The notes: generated by a model not told the origin, from the letters alone. Shown: positions 11,682 to 23,633, numbered from the stretch's first letter. The stretch is 64,000 bases of DNA from Podarcis muralis (GCF_964188315.1 NC_135659.1:13020001-13084000); one strand, 5' to 3'. Translations and numbers: made by a program.

Positions 11682-12032
11682 AAAGGTAAAGGGACCCCTG
11701 ACGATTAGGTCCAGTCGTGGCCGACTCTGGGGTTGCGGCGCTCATCTCGCTTTATTGGCCGAGGGAGCTGGCGTACACCTTCTGGGTAATGTGGCCAGCA
11801 TGACTAACCCGCTTCTGGCGAACCAGAGCAGCGCACAGAAACGCCGTTTACCTTCCCGCCGGAGCGGTACCTATTTATCTACTTGCACTTTGACGTGTTT
11901 TGGAACTGCTAGGTTTGCAGGAGCAGGGACCGAGCAACGGGAGCTCACCCTGTCACGGGGATTCGAACCACCCACCTTCTGATCGGCAAGTCCTAGGCTC
12001 TGTGGTTTAACCCACAGTGCCACCTGTGTCCC
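11682..12032 (-). mobile_element. Sauria SINE
   Basis: TSD TACCTTTACCTTA at 11669-11681 and 12035-12047. Confidence 0.93.
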
Positions 12033-12281
12033 TCTACCTTTACCTTAGCTTCCATTTAAACAATATGGGGCTTTCCATTCGGCGGGTGGCATCCTCTCAA
12101 AGAAGGCTCCCCATGGTTCAAAGTGCATTTTTTCCAAGACCTGTACCAATATTGCCATGCTTAAGCCATTTTTTGGGGGGGAAGTTGCTTCTGCCTCAGG
12201 AGTGGCAAATCCCTAGTTTGGGAGCCTGATCCAACCACCCAAGCATTCCCCCCCGCCCCGCCCCCGTCCTACTCCCTGTTA

Positions 12282-12637
12282 TAAAGGTAAAGGGACCCCT
12301 GACCATTAGGTCCAGTTGTGACCGACTCTGGGGTTGCGGCGCTCATCTTGCTTTATTGGCCGAGGGAGCCGGCGTACAGCTTCCGGGTTATGTGGCCAGC
12401 ATGACTAAGCTGCTTCTGGCGAACCAGAGCAGCGCACGGAAATGCCGTTTACCTTCCTGTCGGAGCGGTACCTATTTATCTACTTGCACTTTGATGTGCT
12501 TTCAAACTGCTAGGTTGGCAGGAAGGAGCAGGGACTGAGCAACGTGAGCTCACCCCGTCGCGGGGATTCGAACCGCCGACCTTCTGATTGGCAAGTCCTA
12601 GGATCTGTGGTTTAACCCACAGCGCCACCTGCGTCCT
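12282..12637 (-). mobile_element. Sauria SINE
   Basis: TSD TACTCCCTGTTA at 12270-12281 and 12638-12649. Confidence 0.93.
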
Positions 12638-13035
12638 TACTCCCTGTTAAGACCCTGCCAATTTTGGCAATGCACTGATATGAACTTCCCTCCCTGGCCA
12701 TCAGGTCAGTCATTTGATGATCAGAGACGACAATGATACCCTTTCATACCTGACGTGTGTGGATCAACTGAGGAAGGGGCTGCTGGCCTGTGTGTGACTC
12801 TGCTGCACAGTCAAGAGTGAAGGTGGAATTTTTCAGCTGCAATCAGAAGAGTTGAGAACAAAGAGAGAGATCTCTCCAGAGTAACTTCGAGTCAACAAAG
12901 CTGTAAGGCACAAAGGGATCAGGAATAACTAATATGGACATAATATTTGATAAAGAGTTAAAGGAACAATTGATGGAAATTAAAACCTCACACAGGAAGA
13001 AGAAAGAACTTCACTTGCGAATTTGCAAATTACTA

Positions 13036-13311
13036 CAGTGGTACCTCAGGTTACATATGCTTCAGGTTACAGGCGCTTCAGGTTACAGACGCTTCAGGTT
13101 ACAGACTCCACTAACCCAAAAATAATGCTACAGGTTAAGAACTTAATAATGCTTCAGGTTAAGAACTTTGCTTCAGAACAGAAATCGTGCTCCGGCGGCA
13201 CAGCAGCAGCGGGAGGCCCCATTAGCTAAAGTGGTGCTTCAGGTTAAGAACAGTTTCAGGTTAAGAACAGACCTCCAGAACGAATTAAGTACTTAACCTG
13301 AGGTACCACTG
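13036..13311. mobile_element. Tigger-like MITE
   Basis: TA|CAGTGGTACCTCAGGTT...AACCTGAGGTACCACTG|TA. Confidence 0.9.
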
Positions 13312-13689
13312 TATATGTGTTAATGTGAATTGAAGTTAATCATTGTAGCTGTGGTATAAGGGTTTTTTTTTATCAAGAATGGATTTTATTTGGTTTGAGC
13401 AATGGTCTAGAGGCAGAATGAAAGGGAACAAGACCTTGAAGTACAGCACGTGGGAAGCCACAGAAAATTTATAGTTGGCTATGTAATTGATTTTTATTTG
13501 AATTGTTATTGCTATTTGGTGTTAATATAATATGCGCATATTAGATTTTTGGAATTGAAAATTAATAAAAATTATTTACCCCCCCCCAAAAAAAAGTGAA
13601 GGCAGCTCTTTAGCCAAAAAAAAGGAAGTACCGCAATTCACTCCTAGGACTGTGAGCATGGTAAGGTGCTTTTAAGAGATTGGCAAATC

Positions 13690-14150
13690 AAATTACAGGA
13701 ATTGGTGGAGATGGCTCAGTTGACTAGCAAACTCAGAGGAAACTCAAAGCAAAAATTTGCGGAAAAATGGGATGCTTATAGAAGATTATGTTCAAAAATA
13801 CAATAATGGTTTTGACTCCGTGCTAGCATTCGAGTGACAAAGGAAGTAAAAGGAGGTGGATAACAATTAAGGATTTATTATGTTTTCAGAATGTATTGGA
13901 AAAGTTATATAGAAAGGTTTGTTTTGTGTGCATTCGATTGTAAGATAAAACATATGCGAAGGGACTTGACAGGAAGTCAAAATTGAAGAAAATATTTTGT
14001 AAGATAAAAGGGGGGAAATATTTACTTTCATTATTTTCATTTTTGTGTGTGCGTCTGTACATATGTGTGTTTTGTATGGAAAGTTTGGTAGTATGGTTGT
14101 AATGTGTTTTGTAACATAAAATCATTCAATAAATATTTTTTTTTTTTAAA
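13690..14150 (+). mobile_element. L1-clade 3' remnant
   Basis: Degenerate ORF2 end (KQKFAEKWDAY), AT-rich 3' UTR, CAATAAA and poly-A/T tail. Confidence 0.6.
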
Positions 14151-15463
14151 AAAAGAGAGAATTTGGGGTGTTCAGCTCTACCATGACTGAAGCACCCTCT
14201 CCATCCGTCAGACACGGAGTCCTGTGCAAATGGCACCATCTGCCGGTCACTGTGTTTTCTCACTCTTAATATGTCAAGGGAACAATCTCTGCAAGAGTTT
14301 CATTCCATGGAAGCTCTGTGGCGGCAGGAGAGCACTCCTTCTGTGAACTGCGCCCTTGTGGTGGATGAGCAAAACAAGATTATAATCCACGCAGCCGCTG
14401 CCACCAAAAGTTGTGAGTTCAGACTCAGGCAGTTCAGACTTAATAATGCAAATTTTCAACAGGCTTTGAATTCAGAACTGTTTTATTGGGAATGCACGTA
14501 AACAAAAAAGCACAATAAACTTCTGGCGACGGCCAAATTAAATACATAACTTTGAATAAATTAAATACATACCATATTTTATCATGTTTTAGATTTAAAC
14601 TATTCGTGTGCTTCTAGGGGGGATTTGAAATATAAGGAAACCCCACGCCACTGTTTGAAGGGGTAAACACTAATACCCTGATCTGAAACACATTGCTTGG
14701 TAGACAATCTCACTCATTCATGGTCTATACTTAGATCAGGATTTAAAAGATTTGGAAGCCCAGGAAGCTAGATTTAACCATGTTTACTAGGAAATACAGT
14801 ACATTGTGTCAGTGATTTTAAGGGAGACATCCATAGGGTTACTGCCAGGATCTTACTGGAAGCTACCCAGCAACATGCTACTGAAATTATACCCCAAATG
14901 TCTGAACATATACCAAATAACTGTTAAATTTTCAGTCTCTACATTTCAGGTACTCAGATTTTGTATATTTTTGTACTTCATATATAACAGGGTATCATTT
15001 CTAGTAGAGAGCTTTGTGCAGGTGCTGTTATAAGGTAGTTTAAAGTATTCCTTAGATGCGACTGATATATTCATTCTGAACGACTGAATATAATGGAATG
15101 TTTATAGAGGAAAATAAGATCAGGCAAACCCGGGACAGGACATGGGCATCATTTTCAGAAATTAGCAGTGCCTTTTAACTTCATTTGATAGTATTGAAAC
15201 ATTCCCCCCCAACCCCCTAATTTAAAATATGTAATTTAACTCTTCAAAGGAAAATTCAGAATTAAGAAGTGACAGAATTTCTGGGGATGGATGTAACCAT
15301 CTGCACCCTTTGGGCTGTTGGCCTGATATACAAGAATCTAAACTATTTAAACAATATTGAATTGGAACAAATTAAGTAAAATCGAGGTATTCCAAGACTG
15401 TGGATATAAGCCACAATAAGGAAAATATGCTTCCATTTGTTTCAGCAGTTTTTAGCTTTGCTA

Positions 15464-16639
15464 TTTATTAGGAGGATTTTTAGTAAATATAATTAATTTT
15501 ACTATTTTTTTCTTTAGATAATCTTTTTTTTTGTCCTGAAATGAAAATGCCCAAGCAATAAATATAATCAATATAATTGAAATTACAGTACTAAATCCCA
15601 TAGGGATGAAAAATTTCTAACGCCTTGGATTTAATTACACTTTTGCTTTCACAAAGATAGTGAAAACGCTCTGTAAAACATAGCAGCCAAAAAGGAAAAA
15701 AATCTACATTGTTATAACTGAATTAAGGTTGCGGTAGCTTTGATAAATGTTTCAAAGTCAGCATTTAAGAAATTAAACAGGTGCTACTATCCTAAAATTA
15801 ATTTCAGTGCTAGCTAGATAATATATATATATATAAATATTGCTGTAAGTCACTTGGAGATCTTCAGGCTACAAGCAACTAATAAGTTTAATAAATATAA
15901 ATAAATAAATAGAGCACACTTAAAACAAAATAATATCTTCCACACCAGGAGGAAGAGGTGAAACTCATCCACATTTATTTTTCGGCAAATATCTGTGACT
16001 ATAAGAACTTGAAGTCTGGGTTTCAAAAAACACTTTTAGGATGTGAAACAAAATGTTTCCCATTCAAAGGTGCAAATCTAAAACCCATCTCCAAGCAGAA
16101 TTTAAAATCAAAACAGTCGTCTTTTCATATATATATATTTGGACTTTGGCATAGATCAACTATTTTGTATGGCAATCAAAATGCAAAATTCTGGGTGAGG
16201 ATTTCAACATATGCATTTAAAAGTTAAGAATGGGAATGTGAACTTTTCCACTACTGCATTTGAACTCTAAGCATTATACAAATAATTATTTTATCCCACG
16301 AAATGTGGGTAATTATCCACCAGAAAATTTCTCCCTGCTAGACTCATTGAAATGAAAGGGAACTAGCTGTTCAAATATCTTCCACACTGACTATTCAGTG
16401 CTCTTCCTCTTCTGACGCAGCTTCATCAATAGAGATGTCCAGTAGGTGGCAGATGGCTTTGGTGTAGCAGGAAGATTTTTCTCAGGTTACTGTGGTACCT
16501 TCTCTTCAGTTCCAGGATGACAGATCTCTCTGCCAGAGGCGCCATGTTTGATCTTTGTCCATGCTCTGAGAAGCCTGATGGACACTGGCACTGCCATATT
16601 CTCTTGCAGAAAGCAAATGTTTAGCTCAGGCTGTTCTTA
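15464..16639 (-). other. SELE: Probable SELE terminal non-coding (3' UTR) exon
   Basis: Acceptor CTTGTGTTTTATCAG at 16641-16640; AATAAA at 15979-15974 and 15469-15464. Mammalian SELE also ends with a UTR-only exon (recalled). The 3' end is uncertain. Confidence 0.5.
16439..16452 (+). promoter_or_regulatory. CTCF consensus site
   Basis: CCAGTAGGTGGCAG matches CCASYAGRKGGCRS at 14/14 positions. Confidence 0.55.
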
Positions 16640-17058
16640 CTGATAAAACACAAGAACTTCTGACGCCTGACTTATGGCCATTCTTCATTCTCCTTCCTCA
16701 CATACTCCAAAGACAGCTTGAAATCCTACAAAAATAACAATGTTTGCAATTTAAAAGAGGTGCATTCAGGAAAAACATTGTACACCGTACAATCCTATGC
16801 ATATTTACACCTTTCCGTCCCACTGAAAATCAGTGGCGCTTGCTCCCAAATAAGTGTGGATAAGGATCGCAACCACAAATTCTTATTACAAATACATCTG
16901 TGGCCAAGGGGCTCGGATCAGGGGAAGAGGCTGAAACAAGAACTTGAATTATCTAGGAGAATGTGGTTAGCATCCCTGGATATCATGGGCTGGTTGCTAT
17001 GATGTCACTGGTGGGAAAATATACTGAGTGAGATGATCTACCTTGGAGTTCCTGTCTT

Positions 17059-17060
<2 letters not shown>

Positions 17061-17106
<46 letters not shown>

Positions 17107-17111
17107 AGAGA
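17061..17111. repeat. (AG)n microsatellite
   Basis: About 21 perfect AG units, then degenerate. Confidence 0.97.
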
Positions 17112-17651
17112 GAAAATACAGACTACATCCGATGTTGGGCAAAGGAGCTGAGCAATAAGAAGATTGCTATATTTCTAAACACACAGAGGGCTGGAGAGGA
17201 AGTTTTATTCTATGTTCATTAATATTAATCAATGATTTAGTAGGGATTGACAATCTGATAAGTGACCTCACTTGTTGAAACTGGAAATGTTAATTTAATA
17301 CATGTGCAGGAATTGATTGGATAGTTGTCTGAAAAGGAATTAAGTCAAAAATGCAAGTATATTGTAATGTAAGGTTATCTGTAGTGTTTGAAGTTAAACT
17401 AGAATTAATTGGGGAATATGATGCAGCACTCAGGAGAACCGTTGACACATCTAGGAAGGTGTGCGAGAAGTCAGATTTGGAAAAAAGTTAAATTTGTCTT
17501 AATTTAATTTAATTTGCTTAAATTAATGACTAATCTGTAAAAACTTAAAAATCAATAAAAAAAAGATTTAAAATAAAAAATAAAAAATACCCCTACTCTC
17601 AGCTTTATATGTCTTTTCCAAATGAACTTTCTCATATCTTACCTGAGTGAA

Positions 17652-17700
17652 TTAAATCAGGTGACCAAAAGTAGCTTCGGAATTCACGCTGTAGCAACTG
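17652..17700 (-). CDS. SELE: E-selectin last coding exon (cytoplasmic tail)
   Basis: (S)SCYSVNSEATFGHLI*; AG at 17702-17701; GTAAGA donor 9 nt after the stop (exon ends at 17643). Confidence 0.88.
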
Positions 17701-17815
17701 CTGCGAAAGAGAAATTAAAAATGCATGTATTAATAAATCACTCCGCCATAAAACAGTGCTATGTCAACAAAATATTACTTTGAATTTTCCACATAAGTTT
17801 TGAAACGCAACGTAC

Positions 17816-17837
17816 CTGGCAGGAGAAAATTTCTTCA
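17816..17837 (-). CDS. SELE: E-selectin 22-bp cytoplasmic micro-exon
   Basis: TGAAGAAATTTTCTCCTGCCAG = (V)KKFSPA, compared with human AKKFVPA; AG/GT borders. Confidence 0.92.
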
Positions 17838-18520
17838 CTGCAAAAGAAGAAGAGGAAGTATTAGTATTTGGACACCAAGGCTGCAATTCCATGCACAAGT
17901 ACCTAGGAAAAGGTTCCACATTCCCAGAAGCTGGCTCCACGTTATTTTGCTAATATTCCACTTTCTTAGCTGTACTAAGATGCACCTCTTGCACTCTTTT
18001 ACACACTAGTTCTATATGTGGAATTTTGTGTCCACTACTTAATAGCCAGACTTTTTGGGTCAGTGAACACATGTGGAATTCTGAGAAAGTGCTGTAAGGC
18101 ACCAGTCACAGAAACAGAGAGGACGACAATATTATGCAGGCCTGCCCCATCCCCAGGCCCCACCCCCATCAATGGGGAAAACTGGTCCCTACACCTGCCA
18201 TCACATTGCTTACATCACACTTTTTGCACCTCTCCTCTGTGCAGAAAAGAATGGAGGGTATCCACTCCTGGGAAATCCAGCCAGGTGGGCGGGGTACAAA
18301 TAATAAGTTACTATTACTGGTACCCCATGAAATGTGGGCAAATTTAAGGAAGAGTGTTTAATACTAGGATGCCTAAGTGAGTGCAAACAAGTACTGAGCA
18401 GAAAGAGCCACCTGCCTCTTGTGCAGTGTGGATTATTGAGGGGATATTTACTGAGACCTTTCATGGGTGTCATAGGAGAGACCCGCAACCTCTGATTTAG
18501 GTAAGTGTTAATGCCTTTAG

Positions 18521-18601
18521 TTGAGATTCCTGCGTGGGGGAGGGTTGAACTAGATGACCCTCAGGGTCTTTTCCAACTTTACAGTTTTGTGATTCTATGA
18601 T
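18521..18601 (+). mobile_element. CR1 LINE 3' tail
   Basis: GATTCCTGC...GGGTTGAACTAGATGACCC...GTGATTCTATGA. Confidence 0.8.
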
Positions 18602-18832
18602 ACTCCGTATTTCTGCCTCAACCCTTTAAGTGCAACTAGGGTGGAATCTACACACGTATAAAAAAACGCTGTGAAAGTGCTTTAAAAAAAATCGTTTTGA
18701 AAATGATATTGAATTTGCCATAGCTCACTGTCGCCATCTGGTGTCACATATTGCACTTTGCTACGCATTTAAAACTGTGCACTTGAGTCCTAGGTGTAGC
18801 TTGGTAACAAACAGATGAGGGAAATATCTCAC

Positions 18833-18943
18833 CTCTCCTCCGAAAACGCTTCATGAGCCAAATAAGGAACGATCCTATTGAAAGCAACGAGGCTGAAGTG
18901 ACTGTGGCTGCAATTGTCACATTTCTTGAAGATGCTGAAGGAG
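18833..18943 (-). CDS. SELE: E-selectin transmembrane exon
   Basis: (A)PSASSRNVTIAATVTSASLLSIGSFLIWLMKRFRRR; 111 bp, phase 1-1, AG/GT. Confidence 0.92.
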
Positions 18944-19233
18944 CTGAAGTTGGAAAAAGGAGTTTGAATGAAATCAGTAGTAAATCGCTATTATTATAAT
19001 ACTTTATAGCTGTCAGAGCTTATAGCACAGGAGGCCTCATATCAGCACTTCTGTTCCTCTGTAATCTCTCCTTGGTTCCTCCATAGCAGCGCTTTGCCTG
19101 GGACCATGTTACCAGGATTCCCCCTCGTGGATAAACTCCTGTTTACGTCTGGTTCCTTATCTCCCATAATTCATATAAGTGTTTCCCCTATCCAACCATC
19201 TTCAGAGAGCTGCATCAGAAGAGACCCTACATT

Positions 19234-19584
19234 AAAAGGTAAAGGGACCCCTGACCATTAGGTCCAGTCGCGGACGACTCTGGGGTTGCAGCGCTCATCT
19301 CACTTTATTGGCCAAGGGAGCCGGCGTACAGCTTCCGGGTCATGTGGCCAGCATGACTAAGCCGCTTCTGGCGAGCCAGAGCAGTGCACGGAAACGCCGT
19401 TTACCTTCCTGCCGGAGCGGTACCTATTTATCTACTTGCACTTGACGTGCTTTCGAACTGCTAGGTTGGCAGGAGCAGGGACCGAGCAATGGGAGCTCAC
19501 CCCGTCGCGGGGATTTGAACCGCCGACCTTGTGATCGGCAAGTCCTAGGCTCTGTGGTTTAACCCACAGCGCCACCCGCGTCCC
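19234..19584 (-). mobile_element. Sauria SINE in SELE intron
   Basis: Full length; TSD AGACCCTACATTA/AGACCCTCCATTA. Confidence 0.93.
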
Positions 19585-19708
19585 TAGACCCTCCATTATG
19601 TGTTTCTAAAAATGCTTCCTTTTCCCACCCTGATTTTCAAGATCACTCAAAGGTCTCTTCTACACTGCTGGCACTACGAGAAAGGATAGCAATGAGATGA
19701 GTGGATAC

Positions 19709-19894
19709 CTCCACATGCGGGAAGACTTGACGTCCAGTTTCCTGCAGCCAGGCAATGGAGTCTGTGGGGACCATTCAGCACCCATCCCTCTGCACAGCTG
19801 ACCTCGCAAATTGTGCCGTAGACAAAATGTCTATCAGGGTCCGAACAAGTCAAGAAGCCGTTCTCAGGGGGTGTCAGTATTTCACACTGTATTG
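19709..19894 (-). CDS. SELE: E-selectin SCR/sushi 6
   Basis: (A)IQCEILTPPENGFLTCSDPDRHFVYGTICEVSCAEGWVLNGPHRLHCLAAGNWTSSLPACG; 186 bp, AG/GT. Not in the ORF track. Confidence 0.93.
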
Positions 19895-20496
19895 CTGAAA
19901 TACAATGATGCAGCTATTAACCTAAGGACTCAGCTATACAGCTGCAAATAAAACGTTTTAAGTGGGTTTTACAGTTCAATATACAAATGTGTCACTAGAT
20001 GGTGACAGCGAGCTATGGCAAATTCAATACATTTTCCAAAATGTTTTTATAAAAAGCATTTTCACAGCTTTTTTTTATATGTGTGCAGATTCCACCCAAG
20101 TTTAGTAAACTGCGAGTTTCTGTGAACATTGATCTATTTTTCATGTAACAGCAAACTAAAGTAGTGTAGTCTAGAAAGAGGATTGCCTGCTCATCTTGCT
20201 ACTTGTATGAACTAGCCACTTGGCATATAATTAAAGAGCAGACTATAAATATAGCAAAATAAATAATAGGCCTGAGATACAACTCTACTACAGACAGGGG
20301 AGAAATTTGGTTTGGTTCTGATTTAAATGCAATCCTACATCATTTGCATTTCCCAAAACAAGACACAAACTGAAACAAAGCTATCCTTCAAAATTTCCCC
20401 TCCTCTATATTTTGTGATTCAATTCTCCTATCAAAAAAATTTGATAAAAACATATATTAGTGAAAATATCTGTGCATTTGTTGGCTCTTGCATATA

Positions 20497-20714
20497 CCGT
20501 GGTACCTTGGGTTAAGAACTTAATTCGTTCTGGAGGTCTGTTCTTAACCTGAAACTGTTCTTAACCTGAAGCACCACTTTAGCTAATGGGGCCTCCTGCT
20601 GCCGCTGCTGCACGATTTCTGTTCTCATCCTGAAGCAAAGTTCTTAACCCGAGGTAATATTTCTGGGTTAGCGGAGTCTGTAACCTGAAGCGTTTGTAAC
20701 CTGAGGTACCACTG
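20497..20714. mobile_element. Tigger-like MITE
   Basis: TA-flanked TIRs of the CAGTGGTACC family. Confidence 0.88.
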
Positions 20715-20870
20715 TATTAGTTCTTGTATATATTGTGCAAAATTGTACACAAAAATGTGTATGTTAGGAGAAATGCATACTACAATGCTGATGAATTTTC
20801 CTGAGGGCTTTTTATTTCAAAGTATCTGCAAACTGATTTGGAAATGTGCTGAGATGGGCTTAAGTCTCAC

Positions 20871-21056
20871 CTTCACAAACAGGAATTGGCTCTGACCAGT
20901 GTCCCTTGGATGTGCATTGAATTTTGGATGATCCTCTCAAGGTGTAGCCCTCCTCACAACTAAATTCGCAGACTGAATTGTAGCTTGGATCTGTGTCCAG
21001 GTGGGAGCAGTTCACAAAGCCCCTTTCGGGCTGATGTACCACCTCGCATTTCACTG
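20871..21056 (-). CDS. SELE: E-selectin SCR 5
   Basis: AVKCEVVHQPERGFVNCSH...GHWSEPIPVCE; 186 bp, AG/GT. Confidence 0.95.
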
Positions 21057-21169
21057 CTGTAAGAGACCGTTGAAACTTAGGGTTAGTTTGCATGTCACAG
21101 GGACACCAGAAATAAGAAAAAAATAATCCTGTAATGCAGACAAAGGCAATGGCCCAAATGAGATAGTAC

Positions 21170-21355
21170 CTTCACACTCTGGTTTTTGTCCATCCCATTC
21201 TCCATAGGCACCGCACTGGAGCTCACTGGACCCTCTCAGAGCAAACCCTTCGGCACAAGCAAACTTGCAGGTTGAATTCCAGGAAAAATTCCCAGAAGCG
21301 TGAGAGCAGTTCAAGAAGCCATGAACCGGAGGTTTCAGTTCACTACACACCACAG
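21170..21355 (-). CDS. SELE: E-selectin SCR 4
   Basis: AVVCSELKPPVHGFLNCSH...GEWDGQKPECE; 186 bp. Confidence 0.95.
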
Positions 21356-21760
21356 CTGTTAAATGACATATTCATCTGCATTAGTTCTGTCTTGGGGGTA
21401 ACAAGAAAAAATATACCTGGCAACAAGATGGGCTTAGGCTTTTATGGATGGGAAAGGGAGCTAGCTGCAGGTGAATGGACTGGGAGGCTTGAAGGTTTCA
21501 AAGTGTTAGACTCTACCGTTAGAGGCAGGATGCTAGAGAGAAGCAAGATTCCCTCACTCTGAAATTCAGGTGGGGAAAGCTCATAATTGTAAGGTTGCAT
21601 TAATGAAAGGTCAGTCGTCACTACTACGGGCAGGGAGTGTGAAGGGCCTGCATGTTATGGGAAAATATATTCCCATCTTTCTTTGGGCTGAACTACACAT
21701 TAACACTTCCATGCATGAATATATCTTGCCACGTGAAAGGCAATACCTGTTTTTATAATA

Positions 21761-21992
21761 CAGTGGTACCTCAGGTTAAGTACTTAATTCGTTCCGGAGG
21801 TCCGTACTTAACCTGAAACCTGAAGCACCACTTTAGCTAATGGGGCCTCCTGCTGCTGCCACGCCACCGGAGCCCGATTTCTGTTCTCATCCTGAAGCAA
21901 AGTTCTTAACCTGAAGCACTATTTCTGGGTTAGCAGAGTGTGTAACCTGAAGCGTATGTAACCTGAAGTGTATGTAACCCGAGGTACCCCTG
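21761..21992. mobile_element. Tigger-like MITE
   Basis: CAGTGGTACCTCAGGTT...CCCGAGGTACCCCTG. Confidence 0.85.
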
Positions 21993-22474
21993 CAGTTGGA
22001 GCTAAAATGTAGCAGTAGAAAGTCTTGATAAGCCTTTAGATGTGTAAGTGGGACTTCTGACCTGGGACAAATAGCAGCTTTGGGGAAGAAGGCACCTTTA
22101 CCCATTGGCAAAATGGTTAAAAAGCCTCCCCTTGTGGATCTGATCTGGATGGCCCCTCCCATGACTGCTATTTGAAAGAAGCGTAAAGGAACAGTGGTTC
22201 ACAATGCTTTCTTTCTTTTTCTGATTTGGTTTTTGAAAACACCAGGGGCCAGAATCAGTTAGTAGGAACAGAAGCAGGCCAGCCGGCCTGTTTCCAGCTC
22301 TTTCAAAACAACTATTTCCAGAGATAAGTGTTGAAAGCTTTCATTACAAACAATTTTAACAGATTAACAAGTTAGAGAGATGAGTGGGATTCAGCTCAAT
22401 TTAAACCAATGGGATAAAAATCATAACTGCAGCTTTTTCAGAACATTTTCTTTCCCATGGATAGGAAATCTTAC

Positions 22475-22660
22475 CTTCACATACAGGGATTGGCTGTGAC
22501 CAGCGTCCCTCGGATGAACACTGAATTTGAGGCGATCCTCTTAAGGTGTAGCCCTGCTCACACACGAAATCACAGGTTGAGTTGTAGGTCAGTTCTGCGT
22601 CCACATGGGAGCAACTCACAGAGCCATTTTCAGGCGAAGGTACCGCTTCACATTTTACCG
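22475..22660 (-). CDS. SELE: E-selectin SCR 3
   Basis: AVKCEAVPSPENGSVSCSH...GRWSQPIPVCE; 186 bp. Confidence 0.95.
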
Positions 22661-22793
22661 CTGAAACAGACACAGATCGTGACTTTGGTTAATCCAGATA
22701 CATTACAGGAGAGTGCCGGGGGGCAGGGTGTGTGCACAGAGAAATATAATGAGCTCTGTGAAGGTAAGCAAGGCAATGGAACAAAACTAGTAC

Positions 22794-22979
22794 CTTCACA
22801 GGCTGGCTGTTGTCCGTCCCACTCTCCAGATGCCTGACACTGCAGCCTGCTGGAGCCACTCAAGACGAAGCCATCTTTACAGCCAAACTCACACGACGAA
22901 TTCCAGGCAAAATTCCCAGAGGGGTGGGAGCAGTTGAGGAACCCGTGAGCAGGTGTCTGGAGCGCATGGCATTCCACAA
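22794..22979 (-). CDS. SELE: E-selectin SCR 2
   Basis: VVECHALQTPAHGFLNCSH...GEWDGQQPACE; 186 bp. Confidence 0.95.
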
Positions 22980-23633
22980 CTAGAAATGCAATCAAAATGC
23001 TTTAGGTTTGTCTTTGTTCTCCAATCCATAAGACACACCTGAAGCCGAACATGGATTCCTCACTTAACTACCAAAGACGTGACAATTTTTTCCAATTTGA
23101 TGACTATTACAAAATTAAAAGTGGGACCTGAAACAAATTGTTGCTGTGTGGAATGCTCCTGTTTAGGGTTCCAGCTGGCCAAGCACTTTTCTAGGTTACT
23201 CCATTACAGAAACACACCCACCCACACAGTTTTCAGATACTCCATTCCATCTTCACTGCTTGCATTTCTTCCCTTCCTACAATTAGTCATCATTCTGTGG
23301 CTTTTGAACATACTCTGCAGCCAATCAGAAGCTGTGGAAGCCTTGTTGGACATTTGGGTTCCAAAGAATGTTCGCAAACTGGAACACTCACTTCCGGGTT
23401 TTGCGGTGTTTGGGGGCCAAAACGTCTGAGTACCAAGGCGTTTGGGATCCAAGGTATGACTGTATTGTCACAACTCCCACAGAATCTAGCACAAAACAAT
23501 GTCCTTTGCCAACTTAGCAAAGATTTTGTTGCTCCGTGGCTAATGAAGACTCACTTCCCTCATCTCTTCTAGGGTTAAGCTAAGAGGTTCTGCATTAGTT
23601 TTCATTCATTTAGGACTCGCTCAGTTCACTGAC

